Source: Fonticula alba ATCC 38817
Lineage: Eukaryota > Protista > Nucleariida
Assembly (NCBI GenBank): GCA_000388065.2
Contig: KB932214.1
Direction: 5' to 3' (one strand)
DNA length: 27,266 bases
Positions 18,918 through 27,266 of the stretch are shown piece after piece (position 1 is the stretch's first letter; every line of letters begins with the position of its first letter). The notes under the pieces are model-generated. The model was not told the origin of the DNA. It did no database searches and saw only the letters and a list, made by a program, of their open reading frames with translations. Made by a program: the position numbers and the translations under genes.

Positions 18918-20459
18918 CCCGGCATCTGCCAATGGTCTACCGGCGGGGCGCGATTAAGAAGCCCCGCGCCCTGGCCGGCGTCCCTCGCGAGAACCGGGGG
19001 CGCTGGGGGCGCCGGGGCCCGGGGGAGGGGCCGGGGCGCAGCCGAAACGGTCCCTACGACCCCGGGAAGGGCGCGCGCGATGCATTGAGCCCGGGTATGC
19101 CCCGAACCGCGGCCCGGTTCGTTGGCTTCTTGCGCGCGGGGGGGGGGGGGGGCCTGCGCGGGCTCGGCGTTTGCTCGATGCGCGTGCGGCGCGATTCTCC
19201 GCGCCAGAGTCCCGGGACCTGTGCGTGTGTGCGTGTGTGTCTGTGTTTGTGCCCGCGCCCGTGTCCGTGCTTCTACCTGTGCAAGGCACACATGTGTGTG
19301 TGTGTGTCTCTAGATGGCAAATGCTGACGCGGGAGCCTCGTTGGCCGTGGTGCGCGCTGGCACGATGCGCGCGAGCGGGGCCTGGCGCCGGCGGCGCGCC
19401 TGGCCAGTTCTGCCGGCGGGCGGCCCGGCGCGAGGCACGCCCGGCCGAAGTGCCGATACGCGCGATTGCGCCCCGCGCACAAACAATGGGCTGCCGCGGG
19501 GCGGCTGGCATGGCCGGGCCGAGGGGCTTTCGGGAAGCGAAGCGAGATCTGCCCGGGGGCGCCCCCCCCCGCCCCCTGGCCTTTCCGTCGGCCCCGAGTC
19601 TGCGGGGCGCGTCCCGGGAGGGGGGGGGCAGCGGGATCGGTGGGGGAGCCACGGGCCGGCGGGCATGCTCCCCTGAGAGCAGGGCGCCCCCACAGGAGGA
19701 CGGGGCCTCGGGCGCCGGTGCCCGGAAGTGGGTGTTGCCGGTGTTTTCTCTCCCCGGGGGGGGGGGGGGCCAGGGGCGCGGCGGCCGGGTGTCGCCGCGA
19801 CCGAGGGCGATCTCCTCCGAGCCCGGGGAAGGGCCAATTGCTGGGGGGTGGTTTGTGAACAAATAAAAATATATACATCCCCGGGGGCGGAGGCGGGGGA
19901 GAAAGGGCGGTCTCCCTTGGTATTGCGTGCTTGAATGGATATGTCTGTGTGTGTGTGTATGTGAGAGTGAAAGTGAAAGGGGTGTCGCCCGGTATCTATG
20001 TGCCGAGGATGCGGGCTGGGCTCCGGGCCGGTGTTTTCCTCCTCTCGTACGGGGTGTGTGTGTGTACATACACAACACACAGCATATACACAATAAGCAC
20101 AATAAACAGAGTGCACAAAATACACCCACGCGCGCGCACATACACACAGCCCTGTAAGGGGACCGCGGCCTCGTGCGAAAACAACAGCCCCCCCCCCCGG
20201 TACAAGGGCAACGCCCCCCCCCCTCCCCCCGGCCAGGGACTCGCGCCGGCCCTCGGAAACGCTCCCCCAGGGCGCAGGGGGCTTAACCTGGGCTTCCGGC
20301 GGGGCGGTGTATGTGCGCTCGTGGTCGCGCGCGCGCGCGCGCCCACGGCGGGGCCCGCCGCGCCCGAGAGCCGCTGGCGTCGCCGCCGGCCGCCGAAATG
20401 CCGCAGCCCCGGCATCTGCCAGCCAGGCGTCGCCGGGTCCAGCCCCGCGCGCCCCCCTG

Positions 20460-21200
20460 NNNNNNNNNNNNNNNNNNNNNNNNNNNNNNNNNNNNNNNNN
20501 NNNNNNNNNNNNNNNNNNNNNNNNNNNNNNNNNNNNNNNNNNNNNNNNNNNNNNNNNNNNNNNNNNNNNNNNNNNNNNNNNNNNNNNNNNNNNNNNNNNN
20601 NNNNNNNNNNNNNNNNNNNNNNNNNNNNNNNNNNNNNNNNNNNNNNNNNNNNNNNNNNNNNNNNNNNNNNNNNNNNNNNNNNNNNNNNNNNNNNNNNNNN
20701 NNNNNNNNNNNNNNNNNNNNNNNNNNNNNNNNNNNNNNNNNNNNNNNNNNNNNNNNNNNNNNNNNNNNNNNNNNNNNNNNNNNNNNNNNNNNNNNNNNNN
20801 NNNNNNNNNNNNNNNNNNNNNNNNNNNNNNNNNNNNNNNNNNNNNNNNNNNNNNNNNNNNNNNNNNNNNNNNNNNNNNNNNNNNNNNNNNNNNNNNNNNN
20901 NNNNNNNNNNNNNNNNNNNNNNNNNNNNNNNNNNNNNNNNNNNNNNNNNNNNNNNNNNNNNNNNNNNNNNNNNNNNNNNNNNNNNNNNNNNNNNNNNNNN
21001 NNNNNNNNNNNNNNNNNNNNNNNNNNNNNNNNNNNNNNNNNNNNNNNNNNNNNNNNNNNNNNNNNNNNNNNNNNNNNNNNNNNNNNNNNNNNNNNNNNNN
21101 NNNNNNNNNNNNNNNNNNNNNNNNNNNNNNNNNNNNNNNNNNNNNNNNNNNNNNNNNNNNNNNNNNNNNNNNNNNNNNNNNNNNNNNNNNNNNNNNNNNN
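20460..21200. other. Assembly gap (741 N) immediately upstream of NEM1
   Basis: N run. Confidence 1.
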
Positions 21201-21413
21201 CCCCAGCCCCAGCCCCAGCCCCAGGCCGAGCCGACGAAACAATCTCCAGCCGGCACGCACGCGCGCACGCCACGCACCACGACCACGCCCGCACATACTA
21301 CCCAGCTCCTTCATGCCACCACGCCCGGCCCCCCGGCATCGCAAAGACACCCACGGACCCCGGCACTCGGTCCCTTCGTGCCTCCCCTGCCCCTCCCCCC
21401 CCGCCGCCGTACC

Positions 21414-22855
21414 ATGACCCAGACGCTCGTGGCCCTGTCGCACGCCGGCGACCTGGCCCCGGCCACCACCTTCGGCCTGGGCGGCCGCCCGGGGGCCCTG
21501 GGCGCCACCGCCCCGGCGCGCATGGACACCGGTGACCCGGGCGCCGGGGCCGCGGCCGCCGCCTCCGCGCGCATGGCCACCCTCCTGTCGGCCACGGTGG
21601 GCGCCGGCGCCGGGCCGACACTCCGCACCACGCGCGACGGCTTGGCCGCGCCGCCGGCCCCGGGCCGTGGCCGGCCGCGCCCGGCCGGCTTCGGAGGCCC
21701 GGCCCCGCCCCGGCGCCCGGGCCTGTCGGTGGTGACCACCACCTCCCCCCTGCCGTCGCCGACGCCGCACCACCAGCAGCAGCAGCAGCAGCAGCCGGTG
21801 CCGGAGCAGGCGGCCGGCGCGACCGGCGGCCCGGAGGACGCCCCCCACGCCCGCGGGCCGAGCCTGCCGGCGCCCCTGGTCCCGGTCCACTGCACGGCCG
21901 AGTGGCCCTGGGCCCCCGGCCCGGAGCCCGGGCCACCGGCCGCGCGGACCCCCACCTCGCCCATCACGCCGATGGACCCGCGCACGGCCGGCCGGGCCGG
22001 CGGCGATGGACACGCCTCGGACGGCCGGGCCGGCGGGCCGGTCGGCCTGAGGGCCCTGCTGGCCGGGCTGCTGTCGGTCTTCCTGGCAGCGGCGACCGGC
22101 GACCACCACCGGCTGGCCGGGCTGACCGTCGACCGGGCCAAGCCGGCCACGGCGCCGGGTGCGCGGCTGGCCGTCGGCCCCGGGCTCGAGTGGCTGGCCT
22201 GCCTGGGCGGCCTGCTGCTCGGGTGGCTGTGCTCCTTCTCCGGCCAGGCCCCGATCCCGGTGGAGGTGACCCGGCTGGTGTCCGGGGCCGGGCGCCGGTC
22301 GGGCCTGGGGGCCGTGGCGGCTGGCATGCCGGCGAAGGCGGCCAGCCTGGCCGGCGCCCCGGCCCCCGCGAGCCCGGCCCCCTGGCTGCCCTGCCCCCGG
22401 TCCCTGTGCCTGGTGTCCGGCGCCCGTCGCAAGACCCTTGTGCTGGACCTGGACGAGACGCTGGTCCACTCGACCCTCATCCCGCTGGGCCTGGCCGAGG
22501 GGCTGGGCCTGCCGATGCTGTATGCGGCCGGGTGTGCGCCGGCCGCGGCCGGGGGCCCCGGCGGGGGGCTGGTCACCTCGGCCGTCGGGCCCGGCGCCGG
22601 CGGCTGGGCCCCCGGCCCGGGCGCCGGGCCCGGCAGCATGGCCCCCGGGCCCGGGGGTCTGCCCCCTGCGGCCGGCCGTGCGTCACTGCTGCGGCGCCTG
22701 TCCGCGGCCCGGCACCGGGCCGCCGCCAGCGCCATCGACCACTGCCTGCTGATGCTGGCCCCGCCGCCGGGGCCCGGCGCCGGCGGCCCCGCCACCCGGC
22801 CGCCCGCCGGTGCGGGGCAGTCGCAGCAGGGGGCCAGCGCGGGCGCGCTCGCTGC

Positions 22856-22892
<37 letters not shown>

Positions 22893-23367
22893 TCCTCCTC
22901 CTCCTCCTCCGGGCCCCCCTCGCCCGGGGCCGAGAGCCTGTTCTATGTCCGGACGCGCCCCTATGCCCGGGCCTTCCTGGAGGCCGTGTCCCAGTGGTAC
23001 GAGGTGGTCATCTTCACGGCCTCGGTGTCGCTGTACGCCGACCCGGTGATCGACTGGCTGGACCGCGACCGGACCCTCATCAGCCGGCGGTACTTCCGCG
23101 AGCACTGCACCTACTTCGACGGGAGCTTTGTCAAGCAGCTGGGCTTCATCCGTCCGGACATGGGCCAGGTGGCCCTGGTGGACAACTCCCCGGTGACGTA
23201 CAGCGTGGTGCCCGGTGCGTGTGGCGCCCGGCCCGGCGCGCTGCCCTCTGCTCGGCGGGCCACTTTTCCCCTTGCCCCGGCTTTTGGCCCCTGCTTCCCC
23301 CCCCCCCCCCCCCCCCTCCGCCCGCGCCAAGCCCCGGCCTGCCATCCTAACCCCCTCGCGCCCATAT

Positions 23368-23406
<39 letters not shown>

Positions 23407-23560
23407 CCTCGCGCCCCATGGCCCCACAGACAATGCCATCCCCATCGACACCTGGACCAGCGACCCGAGCGACCGGTCCCTCATGGACCTGTTGCCCTTC
23501 CTGGATGCGCTGCGCTTCTGCTCCGATGTCCGCTCGGTCCTGTCCCTGCGCAACTGCTGA
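21414..23560 (+). CDS. NEM1: Nem1/CTDNEP1 (Dullard) nuclear-envelope HAD phosphatase, 643 aa; exons 21414-23214 and 23430-23560
   Basis: [16 protein letters not shown] (DxDxT at 22446-22460); [38 protein letters not shown]; RRYFREHC; LVDNSP; [37 protein letters not shown]. Two hydrophobic segments precede the domain (~22047-22097, ~22185-22244). Phase-1 intron GTGCGT...CTAAC...CAG. ACCATG start lies just downstream of an N gap, so extra 5' exons cannot be excluded. Confidence 0.88.
23368..23407. repeat. (GCAC)10 microsatellite in the NEM1 intron, between branch point and acceptor
   Basis: Ten perfect units; CTAAC at 23347-23351, AG at 23428-23429. Confidence 0.95.
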
Positions 23561-23655
23561 GTCCGCGCGCGCCACCTCCGGCGGGACGCCCTTTTGCCCT
23601 CCTCTTTTCCGTTTGTGTCCCCCGTCGAGAGGGGGAGGGAGGGGGCGCGCGGCCT

Positions 23656-23656
<1 letters not shown>

Positions 23657-23701
<45 letters not shown>

Positions 23702-23835
23702 CCCTCTCGCGCCTCCACCCTAATCCTGGGGGGGGGGGGAACTCCCGCGTTGGGAGCGCTAAAATGGCGCTCTCTGCCTGCCAGGGCGCCGGCGTGTGTG
23801 TGGGAGAGAGCGCGCGTGCTCTGCCTTTTCGCGAG

Positions 23836-23884
<49 letters not shown>
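23657..23884. repeat. C42 (23657-23698) and G47 (23838-23884) homopolymers forming an inverted pair downstream of NEM1
   Basis: Read directly; homopolymer lengths may be assembly-sensitive. Confidence 0.85.
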
Positions 23885-23885
<1 letters not shown>

Positions 23886-24826
23886 GGGAGGGGGCGCGCA
23901 GGGCGCGGCGGCTTGAGCGACACGGCGGCACCCAAGGAAGTTGCGATGGGTTGCAGCTGCTACTTGCTCCAAGGTGGGCGGCTCGATCGGCGACCGGCGG
24001 GGGGGCGGGGTGATGTGCTTCGCGCGAGGACCGCCCGGGCGTCGCCGCCCGTCGACAGCACCGTCAGCACACATCAATGGGCATGCCGCCGGGATCGGCC
24101 GGTTTGACGGCAGCGAGCGAGGCAGGAGGAGGGCCTGGAAGGGAGAAACACACCGGGCGAGTAACGATAAATATTCGCCTCTCCTCAAGAGCAGGCCGGA
24201 CGGCGGGTGGGCGTTCTCGCCCGAGAGCACTCCGGGCACCGGCCGCGGGCCTGCTCCCCCCCGCACTGCCATCTAGCGCGGATCGAGAGCCCCCTTTGGC
24301 GGCGGCTCACGGCCCCCGGGACCGGCGCCGCCGCACGAGAGCCCGGCCAAGAGAACCCTTGAGCCTGGGCCCCACGCCCTCCGGCCGCACCCGGGGCCGG
24401 GCCGGCGGAACGGCCATCCGATCCGATCAGGCCTCCAGGCGTGGGCCGGCCAAAACAAAGGCATCCGCCGAACGGGCCAGAAGAACGCCCCCCCCCCCCT
24501 CCGCCGCCCGCGCCCCGATGGCCCGGCTGTGCGTCTCCGGCAATCCGGACCTAGCGACTATCCAACGTCCCGTTTCGCCGCCACCCCCCCGCTCCCGCAG
24601 TAGCCTCTAGGCAGAAGGCTAAAGAAATACCACAAAAAGGAGTGTCCGAGAGGGAGGGAGAACCGGCGCGCAGTCCTGCACCCACCCCCCTCCCGGGGGC
24701 GGGCGAGGGAGTGCCCACACGCATTCGGGGCAGGAACCCCCCCTCCCCCCGGCGGGCGGGCCGAGGGACTGACTCGATCTCGAGAGACCGGGGGGACCAG
24801 AGCATGCCGGAAAATATGCCCGCCTA

Positions 24827-25279
24827 NNNNNNNNNNNNNNNNNNNNNNNNNNNNNNNNNNNNNNNNNNNNNNNNNNNNNNNNNNNNNNNNNNNNNNNNNN
24901 NNNNNNNNNNNNNNNNNNNNNNNNNNNNNNNNNNNNNNNNNNNNNNNNNNNNNNNNNNNNNNNNNNNNNNNNNNNNNNNNNNNNNNNNNNNNNNNNNNNN
25001 NNNNNNNNNNNNNNNNNNNNNNNNNNNNNNNNNNNNNNNNNNNNNNNNNNNNNNNNNNNNNNNNNNNNNNNNNNNNNNNNNNNNNNNNNNNNNNNNNNNN
25101 NNNNNNNNNNNNNNNNNNNNNNNNNNNNNNNNNNNNNNNNNNNNNNNNNNNNNNNNNNNNNNNNNNNNNNNNNNNNNNNNNNNNNNNNNNNNNNNNNNNN
25201 NNNNNNNNNNNNNNNNNNNNNNNNNNNNNNNNNNNNNNNNNNNNNNNNNNNNNNNNNNNNNNNNNNNNNNNNNNNNNNN
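24827..25279. other. Assembly gap (453 N) between the convergent NEM1 and SSNA1 genes
   Basis: N run. Confidence 1.
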
Positions 25280-25552
25280 CTGCCTCGCTGCCTTCTATAG
25301 AGACGCCGTCCGAGTGGTGTCGCGGCTCGCTCCGTCGCCCGCGGCGCCCCCCCCCCCCCACCCCGTCCACGTGCGTGCAATACACACCTGTCCTTGGTTG
25401 AGTTTTTATGCGCATGAGGCCGCGTCAGGGCATGTGCAGCCGTGTGGGGGTGGTGTATTCTTCGGCCCGGCCACCGGGTGTGGTCCCGCGCGGGCCCCCA
25501 GAGGGAGGCACCCAAGGGGGAGCGAGAGCCGGACGACCGCGCACCTGGGAGG

Positions 25553-26600
25553 CTACCCGGAATCGCCGGCCGAAGGGCCCCCCTGCGACTCGCGCTTCAC
25601 ATAGTTCAACAGGACTTGGCTGCTTTGCACAAGCTGCGGCCCTCGACAGGGGGGGGGGGCAAGAGTAGGGAGGAGGGTCAGGCCCCGAGGGCTTGGATCG
25701 GAGAAAAGGGCTATGCACCTGGGGGGGGGGGGGGGAGGGAGGCCATGGAGCGCACCTTGCTGTAGGCATCCTCGGCCTCGGCGATGGCCTGGTCCAGGGC
25801 GCCCTGGCGCGCGCGTTTCTTCTCCAGGCTCGACGTCAGGGCCTCCAGCCGGGCGGCCACATTGCGCAGCTCCTGGTCGATCTGCATCCGGAGGGCATCC
25901 TCCTCGAGGATTTGGGCATGCAGGATGTCCCGCTTCTGCCGGAGGTGGACGATGCCTGCGCACCGGGCCCCGAGGGAGCAGAAGGAGGGACAGTGCAATC
26001 GGCCCGCAGCAAGGGAGGGGGGGGGGGGAGTCAGCATCCGACACATGGGCGCAGACGGGCGGGCGGGCGGGCGGGCACCGGCGCGCCGGCACGCACACTG
26101 GATCAGCTCATTGTTGTTCTGGCTCAGGGACTTGCCCAGGGGGAAGTCCGGCAGGGGGGCGGCCGTGGTGGCCGTGGCGGCGGCGGCCGCCGCCGCCGCC
26201 GCGGCACTCGGGTCCGGCGAGTTGGACCGTGTCGTGGCCGACCCCGACGACACCGGGGCATACCCGGAGCCGGGGGGTGTCGCGGCCATCGGCCCGGGCC
26301 CGGGCCCGGGCCGCGGCGCGCTGCTCACCGGCGGCAGTGGCTCCAAGCCCGGCGCCGGGGCCGGCGTCGACGCCGGGCCCCCCGGCGGTATCCCATACTG
26401 CGAGGTGGCCGACAGGGCCATCGGGGCGGGCGGGGGGCGGGTGGTCGCCGCCGCCATGGCCGCGGGATCCATCACCCCGGCGCCGGGCGGCGTCCACCAG
26501 GCGCCCGGGGTGCCGGCCGCCGGCGGGTAGTAGGCGCCATACGGGTAGGCCGCCGGGAGGGGGGCAGCTGCCGGCGGTGGCGGCTGATGCGGACCGACCA

Positions 26601-26601
<1 letters not shown>
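25553..26601 (-). CDS. SSNA1: SSNA1/DIP13/NA14 microtubule-binding coiled-coil protein with long N-terminal extension, 261 aa; exons 26601-26097, 25955-25756, 25633-25553
   Basis: Spliced product ends GKSLSQNNNELIQC-IVHLRQKRDILHAQILEEDALRMQIDQELRNVAARLEALTSSLEKKRARQGALDQAIAEAEDAYSK-LVQSSQVLLNYVKRE. It aligns without gaps to human SSNA1 as I recall it (NYNNELVKCIEELCQKRE...[25 protein letters not shown]). Introns GTGCGT/CAG (phase 1) and GTGCGC/CAG (phase 0). The start codon is less certain. Confidence 0.9.
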
Positions 26602-26633
<32 letters not shown>

Positions 26634-26867
26634 ACGTGCGCCGTGGCGGTCGGTGGGCGGGCGACGAAAACCCGGGGGAGAGAAAGAGGCCCGGGGAGGG
26701 GAGAGCAGGGAGGGAGAGCCTGGGGGCGAGGGCCAGCGAGGATCGTGGGGCGTAGGGACGCGCGCGAGGGCGAGAGGCGGAGCAAAGGCGAGAGGGGGCG
26801 GCAGGGGGGAGGGTGCACTAGCTGGGGGTCGGGCCAGGGCGGCCCCCCCAGGCCCGGGGAGGAATGG

Positions 26868-26873
26868 TTTAAA
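26868..26873. promoter_or_regulatory. CHR-like TTTAAA in an AT-rich island ~270 bp upstream of the SSNA1 start
   Basis: GAATGGTTTAAAAGTTAAC; could equally be a TATA-like core promoter element. Confidence 0.25.
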
Positions 26874-27266
26874 AGTTAACCCGTGCCCCTGCGGCCGCCT
26901 GCCGGGGCGGGGCGCGGACGAGCGGGCTCCGTCGCCGACAGTCGCCCCCGCCCCGGGGCGATCTCCCCGGCACCGGGGGCGGGGGACCCCTGCGCCGGGG
27001 CTCGTGCGCGCAGCGGCGCCCGGCCGGCGCGCGCACAGCAAGTGTCAACGGGCGCGCGACGCACCCGGGCTCGGAAAAGAAGGCCCCCCCCGCCCCCCCG
27101 CCCCGGGCCCCGGGAAAGCCGGCCGAGATGGCGCGTCCATTGGGAGTCCACCAGCGAGCCCGGAGATGGGGCCCGCCGGACGCGCCATGCACCCACACAC
27201 GGGCCTTCCTCTCGGCGCCCGCCGCCCAGTGCACGCCCCGGCGGCCCGTGCCCTCTCCTGCCCCTC

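Noticed and set aside
16782-19291. ORFs 16782-17153 (+) and 16883-19291 (-, 802 aa) as hidden genes
   Set aside because: No recognisable domain, interrupted by dinucleotide repeats, and no consistent splice model found.
19969-19979. GAAAGTGAAAG resembling an IRF/ISRE element
   Set aside because: IRF factors are animal-specific, and it sits in a degenerate repeat.
19310-21535. ORFs spanning N gaps (also 15113-17004 and 24558-25604)
   Set aside because: Artefacts of translating N runs.
22425-23560. Assignment as SCP1/Psr1 or Fcp1 rather than Nem1
   Set aside because: Upstream hydrophobic segments, [15 protein letters not shown] and the C-terminal [17 protein letters not shown] fit Nem1/CTDNEP1; no BRCT domain. 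A phylogeny would be decisive.

Overview
Eukaryotic, very GC-rich, microsatellite-rich genomic DNA with spliceosomal introns and three assembly gaps (N 15889-16028, 20460-21200, 24827-25279). Most long ORFs in the track are GC-driven shadow frames. Manual exon reconstruction supports four protein-coding genes. (1) An ASPM/Asp (abnormal spindle) homolog on the minus strand: 7 exons in the window, two CH domains and an IQ array, running off the left edge; most of it is missing from the ORF track. (2) A giant (~2,280 aa) Cdc25 M-phase inducer phosphatase on the plus strand, head-to-head with ASPM. (3) A Nem1/CTDNEP1 (Dullard) nuclear-envelope phosphatase on the plus strand. (4) An SSNA1/DIP13/NA14 microtubule/centriole coiled-coil protein on the minus strand with a ~150 aa N-terminal extension. 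All four families act in mitotic entry, spindle-pole or nuclear-envelope biology, and CHR-like TTTRAA motifs lie upstream of three of them, so a co-regulated mitotic neighbourhood is the leading but untested hypothesis. Composition and the fungal-like Nem1 suggest a unicellular opisthokont such as Fonticula; this is inference and cannot be verified from the window. No tRNA, rRNA, CRISPR array or transposon is supported.
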